Counted from the stretch's first letter, positions 37,097 through 46,895 are shown. The stretch is DNA of 64,000 nt from Verrucomicrobiia bacterium (GCA_036274115.1 DASUGI010000208.1:3468-67467), one strand, 5' to 3'. Program-made: numbers and translations. The notes: generated by a model from the sequence alone, not told the origin.

Positions 37097-39486
37097 TTTT
37101 CCAGCGCGATGCGGACGACTTCGGAGATGTGATTGACGAAGTGCACCTTCACCTTGTTGCGCACCTCGGCCGGCGCTTCAAGCCAGTCCGGCTTGTTCTG
37201 TTCGGGCAGAATCACATGTTTCACACCAAATCTGACGGCGGCCAGGACCTTTTCCTTCACTCCACCCACGCGCAGCACCCGTCCCCGCAGGCTGATTTCG
37301 CCGGTCATCGCGGTATCCGAACGCACCCGACGTTGGGCCAACAACGACGCCAGGGCCGCAACAATAGCGACACCGGCGCTCGGTCCGTCCTTCGGAGTAG
37401 CTCCCGCAGGGACGTGAATGTGCACGTCGTATTTCGACGCGTCTTTCAGGTCGAGACCGAGATTGTCGGCCTGGCTGCGCAAGTAGCTGAATGCGGTTTG
37501 CGCGCTTTCTTTCATTACATCGCCGAGCGAACCGGTGAGGAGAAAATTACCTTTGCCGGGCATTCGGGTGACTTCAATGAACAACACCTCGCCGCCGGTG
37601 GGAGTCCAGGCGAGTCCGGTGGCGATGCCAAACTCTTTGATCTTCTCGGCGGTCTCGCCAACGAAAGGCGGGTGGCCAAGCTGTGCCTTGAGTGCGTCGG
37701 GTTCGAGTTTGATCGTGCCGACCTGACCGTTCTGGCTGACGAGCTTGCGAGCCGCCTTGCGCGCGAGGGCTGCGATGGAGCGCTCGAGTTGGCGAACCCC
37801 CGCTTCGCGAGTGTAGCCTTGAATCAACTTGCGTAACGTCTGGTCGGGCAAGACGACTTCCTGTTTGGTCAAGCCGTGCTCTTCCAATTGACGCGGGACG
37901 AGATAGCGTTTGGCGATCTGGAGCTTTTCGGATTCGGTGTAGCTCGGGAGTTCGATGACTTCGAGGCGGTCGCGCAATGCGGCGTGGATGGGCTCAAGCC
38001 AGTTGGCCGTGGCGATGAACAACACGCGCGACAGGTCGAAGGGCATGTCGAGGTAATGATCGGTAAAGGTGTTGTTCTGTGCCGGGTCGAGCACTTCGAG
38101 CAATGCGGCCGCGGGGTCGCCGCGAAAATCCGCGCCCACCTTGTCGAGTTCGTCGAGCAGGATGACCGGATTGCGGCTCTCAACGCGGCGGAGGGTTTGG
38201 ATGATGCGCCCCGGCATCGCACCCACATAAGTGCGGCGATGGCCGCGGATTTCCGCTTCGTCACGCATGCCGCCGAGAGCGATCCGCGCAAACTTGCGTC
38301 CGAGCGCGTCGGCCACGCTTTTGCCAAGCGAGGTTTTACCAACCCCGGGCGGGCCGACCAGACAAAGGATTGGTCCCTTGATGGCTTTCTTGCGCTTGAT
38401 GACTGCCAAAAATTCGAGCAAACGATCTTTTACCTTTGCCAGTCCGAAGTGTTGCTTGTTGAGAATGCGTTCCGCTGCGGCGAGATCGATTTTGTCGTCC
38501 GTGGATTGTTCCCAGGGGAGTGATAGAATCCAGTCGAGGTAATTGCGGGCGACAGGATATTCCGCAGCGGCGGGCTGCATTTGCTGAAGCCGATCGAGTT
38601 CCTGTTCGGCCACCTTCCGCACTTCGGCCGGCAGGGCGGTTTTTTCGATCCGTTCGCGAAGAACTTTGATTTCGTTTGAGTTGGGATCGGTTTCGCCCAG
38701 TTCGCGTTGGATGGCGCGAAGTTGTTCGCGGAGGAAAAAGTCGCGCTGCGTTTTGGCGATGGAGCTGGCGACATCGGTCTGAATTTTGGAACTCAGCGTG
38801 AGCACCTCGTGCTCGCGGTTGAGCATCGGCAGGAGTTTGCTCAACCGCTCTCGCACCGAGGCGGTTTCCAGAAGTTTCTGCCGATCTTCCAGCGAGAGAT
38901 TGAGATTGGCGGCGATGAGATCTGCGAAATGCCCGGCATCCTCAGTGTTGAGGGCAGCCACTTTGACCTGCTCGGACAGCGCGGGCGAAAGCTTGATGAT
39001 TTCCTGAAACTGCGTTTGCGCGTTGCGCATCATCGCCGTGACTTCAATTGAGTCATCACGTTGATCGCGCATAAGTTCGTACTTGGCGCAGAGATACGGC
39101 GAGGTGGTGGTGTATTCCTTGATGTTGATGCGCCAAAGACCTTCGACGAGCACGCGAGCGGTGTTGTCCGGAAACTTCACCATTTTGGCCAGGCGGACCA
39201 CGCAGCCGACGCTGTAAAGGTCTTCCGGTGCTGGGTCCGGCACCTGGGCGTTGCGCTGAAGGAGCGTCCCCATGAGCCGCCCGCCACCCACGACATCGTC
39301 AATGAGTTGAATGCTGGGGGCGGTTTCAACGAGCAACGGTGCGACCGCCCCCGGGAAAATGACAATGTCGGACAACCCGAGAATGGGCAGGGTATCCGGA
39401 AGGGACCGCGACGAAATGCGCGAAGCCTCCTCCGAATTACCACCCGCTCCCAGGATGCTGATGAACTCTGTATCAGGCGATGTCAT
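37093..39486 (-). CDS. lon: ATP-dependent Lon protease (endopeptidase La)
   Basis: LON N-domain, Walker A GPPGVGKTSLGKS, Walker B VILLDELDK, and protease domain PKDGPSAGVAIVAALAS with the catalytic Ser. Confidence 0.95.
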   Translation of the reverse strand: MTSPDTEFISILGAGGNSEEASRISSRSLPDTLPILGLSDIVIFPGAVAPLLVETAPSIQLIDDVVGGGRLMGTLLQRNAQVPDPAPEDLYSVGCVVRLAKMVKFPDNTARVLVEGLWRINIKEYTTTSPYLCAKYELMRDQRDDSIEVTAMMRNAQTQFQEIIKLSPALSEQVKVAALNTEDAGHFADLIAANLNLSLEDRQKLLETASVRERLSKLLPMLNREHEVLTLSSKIQTDVASSIAKTQRDFFLREQLRAIQRELGETDPNSNEIKVLRERIEKTALPAEVRKVAEQELDRLQQMQPAAAEYPVARNYLDWILSLPWEQSTDDKIDLAAAERILNKQHFGLAKVKDRLLEFLAVIKRKKAIKGPILCLVGPPGVGKTSLGKSVADALGRKFARIALGGMRDEAEIRGHRRTYVGAMPGRIIQTLRRVESRNPVILLDELDKVGADFRGDPAAALLEVLDPAQNNTFTDHYLDMPFDLSRVLFIATANWLEPIHAALRDRLEVIELPSYTESEKLQIAKRYLVPRQLEEHGLTKQEVVLPDQTLRKLIQGYTREAGVRQLERSIAALARKAARKLVSQNGQVGTIKLEPDALKAQLGHPPFVGETAEKIKEFGIATGLAWTPTGGEVLFIEVTRMPGKGNFLLTGSLGDVMKESAQTAFSYLRSQADNLGLDLKDASKYDVHIHVPAGATPKDGPSAGVAIVAALASLLAQRRVRSDTAMTGEISLRGRVLRVGGVKEKVLAAVRFGVKHVILPEQNKPDWLEAPAEVRNKVKVHFVNHISEVVRIALEK

Positions 39487-39548
39487 AGTCGCATCGGTAA
39501 ATCCCTGCCATTAGAGCCGCCCTGAGGAGGAAGATTCAAGCGAATCTT

Positions 39549-39974
39549 CTATTTTCCATCGGAGATGTGAAGTTTGGTACTCTTCGGATGCGGCGGCGGC
39601 GCAGCCGGCGGAACGTCAATCCGAAGAAAGCCATTCAAGTAGGAGGCGCGTGCCTGACTTAGATCGTAACCGTTGGGAAGTTCCAGCACGCTCTCAAACG
39701 GACCATAATTAATTTCCATCACCAAAAAACTCGCTTTGTGGGCCCGGCACGTGTCGGGCCGGTCGCCACTGATCCGAAGCCGGTTTCCCTCGACGGTGAT
39801 TTCGAGATTCTCGCTGCGCATGCCGGCGAGTTCAACTTTGATTACCAGGCCGGCGTCGGTGGAATAAACATCGGTGTTGGGAACCCAGTGACCGTTGGCG
39901 GCGGATCCCTGTCCGGTGACGATGGACGATTTCGTAACGAACTGCGTGTGGGAACTGACTTTGGTAACGGCCAT
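39549..39974 (-). CDS. Hsp20/alpha-crystallin family small heat-shock protein
   Basis: WVPNTDVYSTDAGLVIKVELAGMRSENLEITVEGNRLRISGDR ... ASYLNGFLRIDVP. Confidence 0.85.
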   Translation of the reverse strand: MAVTKVSSHTQFVTKSSIVTGQGSAANGHWVPNTDVYSTDAGLVIKVELAGMRSENLEITVEGNRLRISGDRPDTCRAHKASFLVMEINYGPFESVLELPNGYDLSQARASYLNGFLRIDVPPAAPPPHPKSTKLHISDGK

Positions 39975-40018
39975 GTGCGTGGGGAAACTATCTCAGGTGA
40001 CTGGGGTGTGCAAGCGCA

Positions 40019-40225
40019 TCATTTGGGTTTGACGATAATGCGCGGGCGCTCGCCTTTGCGGGCGTGAAAGACAATCGAACCTTCGTGGGCGGAACGGCTT
40101 GGCGCCGAACAACCACACAAGGTATCGCGCTGGAAACTGAACTTGCGACGTCGCAACAACCCCCACAGCAAACCGGCCGCGGCAATTGCTACAATCATCA
40201 GTGCCACTAACGTCTGCAAATTCAC
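40019..40225 (-). CDS. small membrane protein with CGC motif (FeoB-associated Cys-rich-like)
   Basis: TM helix LVALMIVAIAAAGLLWGLL, then RRRK, then ..CGC.. Assignment is weak. Confidence 0.35.
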   Translation of the reverse strand: MNLQTLVALMIVAIAAAGLLWGLLRRRKFSFQRDTLCGCSAPSRSAHEGSIVFHARKGERPRIIVKPK

Positions 40226-40323
40226 AGCGGCAACATAACCGTCTATTGTCCCCGGGCAACCTACTTTTTATCCAACATCTTTGAGTCTTGAAGTCGGGCG
40301 ACGCGCCACTACGCTCGCCGGGC

Positions 40324-40761
40324 ATGAGCGAAAGCGCATTTTCCTACCAACATCGCGTGGTTTACGCAGATTGCACGCTGGGTAATCATGTGTATTACGC
40401 GCGCTACCTGGAGATGCTTGAAGCTGCCCGAAGTGAATTCTTTCGGGCGTCGGGCCGGACGCTATTGGGTTGGCAGGAGCGCGGATTCATGTTCCCCGTG
40501 GTGGAAGTGCAGCTGCACTACAAGGCTTTGGCGCGTTATGACGATTTGTTGCGTGCGGAAGTTTGGGTGATGGCTGCGGAGAAGGTGCGACTCAACTTCG
40601 CTTATCGTATCACGAATCAATCAAACGACCTCGTGCTCGAAGGCGAGACGATGCATGTTTGCATGAATCTGGAGGAAAAGCTGAAGCGCCTGCCCGAAGA
40701 ATTGGTGGTGGCCTTAAAACCATATTTGCGTCCGAGGCCCATCGCGATCACGAAGCGATGA
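40324..40761 (+). CDS. acyl-CoA thioesterase, 4HBT/YbgC family
   Basis: YQHRVVYADCTLGNHVYYARYLEMLEAARSEFF ... FPVVEVQLHYKALARYDDLL is the hotdog-fold pattern. ATG at 40324. Confidence 0.8.
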   Translation: MSESAFSYQHRVVYADCTLGNHVYYARYLEMLEAARSEFFRASGRTLLGWQERGFMFPVVEVQLHYKALARYDDLLRAEVWVMAAEKVRLNFAYRITNQSNDLVLEGETMHVCMNLEEKLKRLPEELVVALKPYLRPRPIAITKR

Positions 40762-41659
40762 TTTTCTCCAGTCGGGCGCACAAATCGCGCAAGCCTTCGG
40801 GTGAATCACCGCCGCCTTGTTCGGTGATCAGGTATTCGCGGAAGCCGACTTCATCCAGGGCTTTCATAATCCCGGACCAGTTGTTGGCACCTTCCAACAG
40901 CGGCGCGTTGAAACCTTTCCAGACATCGCCGGTGCGCATGGCGCGATCGCGGCTGTATTCTTTCACGTGCACGCGAGTGATGTGTTGGTTCAGCGCCTTG
41001 ATCCAGGCAATGGGATCGCCGTACCGGATGATGTTGCCGACATCGAAGTGCCATTGCACCCGGGGATTGTTGATTTCATTCAGGTAGCGCACCGCCTGGT
41101 CTTCGTCAGTGATGAAATTATTCCAAACGTTCTCGATGGAAATGGTCACACCAAGTTCCTCGGCCAGGGGGAGGGCCAGGCGGATTTGCTCGATGGAGCG
41201 ACTCCAGCACTGCTCAAAAGTCACGTCTTTATTGACGACGCCGGGCACAAGCAGAATTGAACCGGCCCCGTACGCTTTGGCATCCCGCAACGTTTGTTTG
41301 AGTGCCGCCAGGCCTTCTGCGCGCACTTTCGCGTCAGGATGCGACAAGGGTTTGCTCCAGTGATGGGCGCCGCAGACACTGGTGATTTCGAGTCCGGTTT
41401 CGTCACGGGCCTTCAACACCTCCCCCTGGTCCATATGGCTGTTCATTTCTGCTCCGTCGAATCCAGCGGCTTTCACCGCTTTCATCTTCTCGAGCACTGA
41501 ACCCTTCACGCCCACCGTGCCCCACATGATGGCCTTTTTGTGAGTGCGCTTGCTGGCGGCCGCTGAATCTGCGGCCAAAAGCGGCGGAGTCAGGGCGGCC
41601 GCGGCGATTACAGCGCTGCCGGTTCTAAAGAAATGACGGCGAGTGATGGCGGTGTTCAT
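40748..41659 (-). CDS. sugar phosphate isomerase/epimerase (xylose-isomerase-like TIM barrel) with TAT signal
   Basis: TRRHFFRTGSAVIAAAALTPP. GFDGAEMNSH ... ISIENVWN ... HFDVGN ... VHVKEY. Confidence 0.85.
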   Translation of the reverse strand: MNTAITRRHFFRTGSAVIAAAALTPPLLAADSAAASKRTHKKAIMWGTVGVKGSVLEKMKAVKAAGFDGAEMNSHMDQGEVLKARDETGLEITSVCGAHHWSKPLSHPDAKVRAEGLAALKQTLRDAKAYGAGSILLVPGVVNKDVTFEQCWSRSIEQIRLALPLAEELGVTISIENVWNNFITDEDQAVRYLNEINNPRVQWHFDVGNIIRYGDPIAWIKALNQHITRVHVKEYSRDRAMRTGDVWKGFNAPLLEGANNWSGIMKALDEVGFREYLITEQGGGDSPEGLRDLCARLEKIIAS

Positions 41660-41680
41660 ATTCGAAACCAAAGTCAGCGG

Positions 41681-42985
41681 TTAGACCAGTTTGGTAAAGC
41701 CCGGCACCGCCATCGGAGCAACCTCGAGCTTCATCTTCCAATCCAGCTTTTCCGGCACGAGTTGTTGCTTGGAGTTCAGGGCGTCTTCCCACGAGATTTC
41801 CTGTCCGGTGTAGGCCGCCATGCGGGCCATGATGCCCATCAAGGTGCTGTGGGCCATCCACGAACCGTCGTTAAGTGGATTGCCGCTGCGAATGCTGGCG
41901 AACAACTCGTTGTGTTCCTGCTGATACATGTCGATCTTCTCCCCGCGATAGCGCCAGGTTTCCTTGCCGCGAATCACCGGGCTTTGCCAGCCGGGAATCT
42001 TACCGAAGCCCGCTGTGCCCGTGAGGTAATCCGAGTTGTCGTTCACGCAATTGTTGATCTGCCGTTGGCCGAGGAAAGCGCGCACGTCATCAGGATATTC
42101 GTAAACAACGAAGATGTGGTCGTAGATGTTGCCGCCGGGATTTGACGTCTGTCGTCCACCCACCGCAATCGCCTTGAGGGGAGGCTGATCTTTCATCGCC
42201 CACGAAATTTTGTCCACACTGTGAACCGCCTGCTCGACGAGGCCATCGCCAGAAAGCCAGGTAAAATTGTACCAGTTGCGGATCTGCCATTCGAGATCGC
42301 CCATCTCCCGGGGGCGTTGGCTGGCGGGCGGCATGGGCTTGACCTGGCCGGTGTAATACGTGGCATAGATGGACCGCACCTCGCCGATCGCGCCGTCGTG
42401 AATTTTTTTATAGAACTCACGTCGGGCGGCGTCGTATCGCCAGCAAAGCCCCGCCACCAGCGACAGACTTTTCTCCCTGGCCAGTTTTGCCGATGCCAGA
42501 ACGGAGCGCACTCCGGGCGCATCCGTGGCCACGGGCTTTTCGCAAAACACATGCTTGCCGGCTTTGATCGCGGCTTCCAGATGCACGGGCCGAAATCCGG
42601 GCGGAGAGCAGAGCAGCACGACGTCCACACCGCTATCAATCACCTTTTGGTACGCGTCGAGTCCAGCGAAGCATTTCTCGGGCGTGACCTTCACTTTATC
42701 CGGACTCTGTTCCCGTAAATTCTTCAGACTGTTTTGAATCGGCTCAGCGAAGGCATCGCCGATCGCAGTGAGCACGACGTTGGGATCGGCCTTCAACGCC
42801 TGTGCCGCAGCGCCAGAGCCGCGCCCACCGCATCCGACGAGGCCGACGCGGAGGGTGTCGGAGTTCCCCGCGCCAAAGAGCCGGCCGGGCAGGATGGCTG
42901 GGGCGGCAATCGCCGCGCCGGCGGCAGCGCTGATTTTGAGAAAGTCCCGGCGGCTCGTGGTGAAATCTGGCTTGGTTGTGTTCAT
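41681..42985 (-). CDS. Gfo/Idh/MocA family oxidoreductase with TAT signal
   Basis: SRRDFLKISAAAGAAIAAP. VGLVGCGGRGSGAA. VLLCSPPGFRPVHLEAAIKAGKHVFCEKP. Confidence 0.85.
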   Translation of the reverse strand: MNTTKPDFTTSRRDFLKISAAAGAAIAAPAILPGRLFGAGNSDTLRVGLVGCGGRGSGAAAQALKADPNVVLTAIGDAFAEPIQNSLKNLREQSPDKVKVTPEKCFAGLDAYQKVIDSGVDVVLLCSPPGFRPVHLEAAIKAGKHVFCEKPVATDAPGVRSVLASAKLAREKSLSLVAGLCWRYDAARREFYKKIHDGAIGEVRSIYATYYTGQVKPMPPASQRPREMGDLEWQIRNWYNFTWLSGDGLVEQAVHSVDKISWAMKDQPPLKAIAVGGRQTSNPGGNIYDHIFVVYEYPDDVRAFLGQRQINNCVNDNSDYLTGTAGFGKIPGWQSPVIRGKETWRYRGEKIDMYQQEHNELFASIRSGNPLNDGSWMAHSTLMGIMARMAAYTGQEISWEDALNSKQQLVPEKLDWKMKLEVAPMAVPGFTKLV

Positions 42986-43079
42986 GGTATTACCGGCAGA
43001 GTGTCCTCCACCCGGGCTTGCGTCGTCAAGGCAGCTGCGGCCGTCAGCTCACCCCATGTTTGTGGGGGGAGACAGGCGT

Positions 43080-43373
43080 TCAGGCGATTCGATCCCAGAT
43101 CACAATCTCCGGCGCTGCGCTGCACAATTCGTCGACGCGAGGCAACAACGCCTGCACGTGCGCCGACTGCAAATGAGCTTCCAGGGCCATTTTGGTGGTC
43201 CAATTCTCGTGAAACAGAAACCGCCTCGGGTTCTCCGTCGAGATGTGCAAGTCGTAATTGAGACAACCCGGTTCCGTCCGGGTGGGAGCAACCAAACCGA
43301 TAAGTGCATTGCGCAACTCGGTTTCTTTGCCGGAACGAGCTTCGAACGTGGCGACAACGGTGATGGTCTTCAT
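43080..43373 (-). CDS. antibiotic-biosynthesis-monooxygenase (ABM) family / putative quinol monooxygenase
   Basis: MKTITVVATFEARSGKETELRNALIGLVAPTRTEPGCLNYDLH...FLFHENWTTKMALEAHLQSAH. ATG at 43373. Confidence 0.75.
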   Translation of the reverse strand: MKTITVVATFEARSGKETELRNALIGLVAPTRTEPGCLNYDLHISTENPRRFLFHENWTTKMALEAHLQSAHVQALLPRVDELCSAAPEIVIWDRIA

Positions 43374-43380
43374 AACGTAT

Positions 43381-43905
43381 TTAGGGCTTCGGAACAGGGA
43401 TTGACTCGAATACACCAGCGGCGGTGTTCTTCCGAACGGCATTCCACGAGAACATGCGGCCGTTCATGGCAATGTAAACGCCCGGGGGCAGCAACTGCAC
43501 CGCCCCAAACGCCAATCCGAGATTAAACAGTCCGTCCGAGTTGCTAAACGTGTACGGCACCATGGCGCCGACCAGCACGATGGTCTTTCCCAATTGCTTT
43601 GCCGCCAGACCCTGCGCGGTTTGCACCATCGTGTCCGTCCCGTGCGTGATAATGAGCTTCGTTTCCGTCGCCGCGGTGGCGGCCTGGCAAATCGCTTCGC
43701 GATCCGCGTCGGTTAAGTCGAGGCTGTCCTTCAGCAGCAGGGTTTGCACTTGTTCCTCGGGCAGACTCACCCGCGCCTGCTTCAGCATTGCCAGCACATG
43801 GGTTCGTGAGAAACTCAGCTGGCCGTCCACCGGGCAGTAGCTCTTGTCAATGGTCCCGCCCGTGATAAGCAGCCGGATTTGCTCGATGGAATTGCTCGCG
43901 GGCAT
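43381..43905 (-). CDS. asparaginase-domain protein
   Basis: IRLLITGGTIDKSY ... LIITHGTDTM ... TIVLVGAMVP. ATG at 43905. Confidence 0.7.
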   Translation of the reverse strand: MPASNSIEQIRLLITGGTIDKSYCPVDGQLSFSRTHVLAMLKQARVSLPEEQVQTLLLKDSLDLTDADREAICQAATAATETKLIITHGTDTMVQTAQGLAAKQLGKTIVLVGAMVPYTFSNSDGLFNLGLAFGAVQLLPPGVYIAMNGRMFSWNAVRKNTAAGVFESIPVPKP

Positions 43906-43915
43906 AGGCAATCGC

Positions 43916-44620
43916 TCAACGTAACGAAGCCAAAATGCTTTCGGCCGCCGCCCTCGGGTGGGGCGCGGCGTTGATGGGTCGCCCAATCACCAGCCAGCTT
44001 GCCCCGGCTTCCATCGCCTCCCGTGGGGTCAACGTACGTTTTTGGTCATCGGCCTGTTCTGCGCCGGTGCGAATTCCCGGTGTGACCAACTGCAGGGACT
44101 CCGGAAGAATCTGTCGCAGTGCGGCGATTTCCAAAGGTGAGCACACCAGTCCCGGTAAACCGGATTGGGCGGCCAGCCGCGCGAGGCGTTCGACCTGCTT
44201 TGCCACGTTCGCCTCGCAGCCGATTTCTGCGAGCGTGTTGGCATCGTGACTGGTCAGCACGGTAACCCCAAGAACCAGTGGAGCATTGCGGCCCGATTGC
44301 GATGCGGTCTGTTGCGCGGCTTGTTGCGCCGCGCGCATCATTTCGCTGCCGCCGCTGGCGTGGATGGTAACCATCTGCACGTCCAGTCGTACTGCTGAGG
44401 CGATCGCTTTGGCAACGGTGTTGGGAATGTCGTGGAACTTGAGATCAAGAAAAACGCTCGCGCCGGTTTCGCGCACGCGCTTGACGATGTCCGGTCCGGC
44501 TGCGGTGAACAGTTCCTTTCCAATCTTGAACGCGCCGACGGCAGGCGCGATTTCCTGCGCCAGTTTGAGCGCCTGTTCCGCCGTGGGCACATCCAGCGCA
44601 GCGATGATTGGGTTCTGCAT
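43916..44620 (-). CDS. pyrF: orotidine 5'-phosphate decarboxylase
   Basis: IIAALDVPT ... FKIGKELF ... VFLDLKFHDIPNTV ... MVTIHASGG ... LVIGRPI. Confidence 0.9.
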   Translation of the reverse strand: MQNPIIAALDVPTAEQALKLAQEIAPAVGAFKIGKELFTAAGPDIVKRVRETGASVFLDLKFHDIPNTVAKAIASAVRLDVQMVTIHASGGSEMMRAAQQAAQQTASQSGRNAPLVLGVTVLTSHDANTLAEIGCEANVAKQVERLARLAAQSGLPGLVCSPLEIAALRQILPESLQLVTPGIRTGAEQADDQKRTLTPREAMEAGASWLVIGRPINAAPHPRAAAESILASLR

Positions 44621-44674
44621 TGCCGCGAATATCAATTCGGCGCGGGACGAATTAAAGCCAAAAAGTTCGGAGCT

Positions 44675-46147
44675 TTAAAGCGCTGACACCGCGCGGAAAA
44701 ACCGGTGTGATGAATTGGGAGAAGCCGTCTCGGTGTAATCGAAGGTTCCCGATGCCGAAGTCGTGTTGGTGTGGATGGGCAGCCAACTGGTCAGATCAGT
44801 CGAGGACTCGATGACACAGGGGCGATTTGGTCCCGCGCTGACACGGAGTTGATAGGGCAAAACACCCGGCGCCGAAATGGACGTGAGTTGAATGGATGGG
44901 CTAAGCGCTTTGCGCAGGTTAAGCCGCCCGCCGGTCACGCATTTTCCCGCAAGCGACGGTAGCGGATCGACTGCGTTCAATACGCGGGCGATAATTTGCG
45001 GATGCGTTTCGGTTGGATACTTTGCCAACATCAACGCACAAGCCCCGGCGACGTACGGTGCGGCAGCCGATGTGCCTGACAGCGGCCCGATGTATTGATT
45101 GTCGGTGAACGCAAACGTGGAAGTGATCTGATGACCGGGCGCGGCGAGATCAACGTTGGTGGCCCCGTAGTTGGACGAAGCCCACAAAACATCGCTGCGT
45201 GTGCTGGCCGCCACCGAAATGACGTTGTCGATGTCCAGACAGGCCGGGTAGCGTGGCACAACATCCACGTCGGCGGCTTCGTTACCGCAGGAGGCAACCA
45301 CAATGATGCCGGACTCGCGAGCGGCGAAGACGGCATTGGAAAGCGAACTGGAAAACGCCGTGCCGCTCAAGCTCATGTTGATGATGCGGGCGCCGTTGGT
45401 TCGGGCGAACTCCAGACACTCGATGATGTCCGAATCAAAGCCGTTTCTGGCCGCGTCAAAACATTTACCCGCCATGATCTGCACGCGCCAGGCGACACCG
45501 ACCACGCCTTTGCCGTTATTGCCAACCGCACCCAGAATCCCTGAAACGTGTGAGCCGTGACCTTCATCGTCAGCGGGTGTGCCAGTGCCGTTCAACGCGT
45601 TCCAGCCATAACCACCGGCCAGCTGGTTGGTCCACACGTTAGCAAGCAAGTCCTCATGGGTGCGACGGATGCCGGTGTCGAGCACCGCGACAACGATGTT
45701 ACTGGCCGAACTCAAAACGTCCCAGCCTTCGGGAGCGTCAATGTCGGCATCGATTACGCCGCCGCCTTGCCCGCTATTGTGCAGGCCCCAGAGGGTGCCA
45801 TTGGTGTAGTACTGGTCGTTCGGAGAGAGATCGAGTTGCCGCAGGAAATCCGGCTCCGCGTATTGAACCAGCCCACTTTGCTCAAACTTCGCAATCAGTC
45901 CTGAAACCGTTTCTCCTGCGGGCACGGACACAACCTGCAATTCGCCGAGGCCGGGAAAGCGCTGTAACACCTGGGCGTTGAGCGACACTTGAAACGCTTC
46001 CAGGCTGCCAGGGGATATGCCGTGCGCCGGCATGACAAGAATTCGATCCGAACGATACGCTGCAACCGGAGCGGCTAATTTCACAGTTTGGGCACGCGCG
46101 GTAACGAATCCCAAAACCATCAATCCCAGGGTCAACAGAGTTTTCAT
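44675..46147 (-). CDS. secreted S8 (subtilisin-family) serine peptidase
   Basis: Catalytic triad contexts VAVLDTGI, GHGSHVSGI, SGTSAAAPYVAG. Signal peptide present. C-terminal HRFFRAVSAL module. Confidence 0.9.
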   Translation of the reverse strand: MKTLLTLGLMVLGFVTARAQTVKLAAPVAAYRSDRILVMPAHGISPGSLEAFQVSLNAQVLQRFPGLGELQVVSVPAGETVSGLIAKFEQSGLVQYAEPDFLRQLDLSPNDQYYTNGTLWGLHNSGQGGGVIDADIDAPEGWDVLSSASNIVVAVLDTGIRRTHEDLLANVWTNQLAGGYGWNALNGTGTPADDEGHGSHVSGILGAVGNNGKGVVGVAWRVQIMAGKCFDAARNGFDSDIIECLEFARTNGARIINMSLSGTAFSSSLSNAVFAARESGIIVVASCGNEAADVDVVPRYPACLDIDNVISVAASTRSDVLWASSNYGATNVDLAAPGHQITSTFAFTDNQYIGPLSGTSAAAPYVAGACALMLAKYPTETHPQIIARVLNAVDPLPSLAGKCVTGGRLNLRKALSPSIQLTSISAPGVLPYQLRVSAGPNRPCVIESSTDLTSWLPIHTNTTSASGTFDYTETASPNSSHRFFRAVSAL

Positions 46148-46159
46148 GTGTTGCGCGAC

Positions 46160-46813
46160 TTAAAAGAATTTGCCGAGACGATGAACGACATTGCTCGTGT
46201 TTTCAAGCCACCAACCCCACATCGTCGGCAAATCCACCTTGGCGGTGAGCAAGGGAATGCCGATGAGCAGCACCAACACGTTGCCGAGGAAAATGACCAC
46301 GGCGGAAAATACGTAGCCCTGGCTCGTAATATCCGATTGCTCCGTCTTAAGAATCGTCGCCGTGAGCGTGACATGAAACGCGTACGCCGCGCCGACCAGC
46401 AGGTGGAACCAGACGAAAAAATTCTGCCAGTTCCAGATTAAATGGCCGATCACGAAGACCAACACGACGAGCACGGCGTAGAACGGAAAGAAGTAAGGCG
46501 ACAGCGAAATCAGAAAATTGTTTTTGTTCACGACCACGTGTCCGCCACTGGAGGTGGCTTTGAACTTCTTCACACTGCCGCCGAACAGCCACACCCAAAC
46601 CGCATGCGTGAGTTCGTGCCCGACGACGTAGATCCACATCGGCTTGGGCAACAGGAGAAAGACCGCAAGCCAGCAGGCCGCGCCCGCGGCGATGGGAATT
46701 AATGTTGTGTCGGCCCCGCCGCAGCGGCTCATGACCATCCACAGGGTTTGACCTGCGCCGATACAAACCGGCAGCAACAGAATCGCGATGATGAATTTAA
46801 CCCACTTCGGCAC
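46160..46813 (-). CDS. membrane protein with HExxH motif (putative zincin-like, DUF3267-like)
   Basis: VVGHELTHAVWVW and about 5 TM helices. I prefer the GTG at 46813 because the track start at 46855 lies inside the REPIN element. Confidence 0.55.
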   Translation of the reverse strand: MPKWVKFIIAILLLPVCIGAGQTLWMVMSRCGGADTTLIPIAAGAACWLAVFLLLPKPMWIYVVGHELTHAVWVWLFGGSVKKFKATSSGGHVVVNKNNFLISLSPYFFPFYAVLVVLVFVIGHLIWNWQNFFVWFHLLVGAAYAFHVTLTATILKTEQSDITSQGYVFSAVVIFLGNVLVLLIGIPLLTAKVDLPTMWGWWLENTSNVVHRLGKFF

Positions 46814-46822
46814 GGGCGGAGC

Positions 46823-46895
46823 GTAGGACAGGCGTCGCGCCTGTCTCAAATTCAAAAAACAAAAAGAATGGAGACAGGCGCGACGCCTGTCCTAC
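46823..46895. repeat. REPIN-type doublet: two perfectly inverted 25-nt GTAG-headed REP-like hairpins
   Basis: gtaggacaggcgtcgcgcctgtctc (46823-46847) and its exact reverse complement gagacaggcgcgacgcctgtcctac (46871-46895) are separated by a 23-nt A-rich spacer. Each arm also contains its own palindrome gacaggcg-N3-cgcctgtc. Confidence 0.85.
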
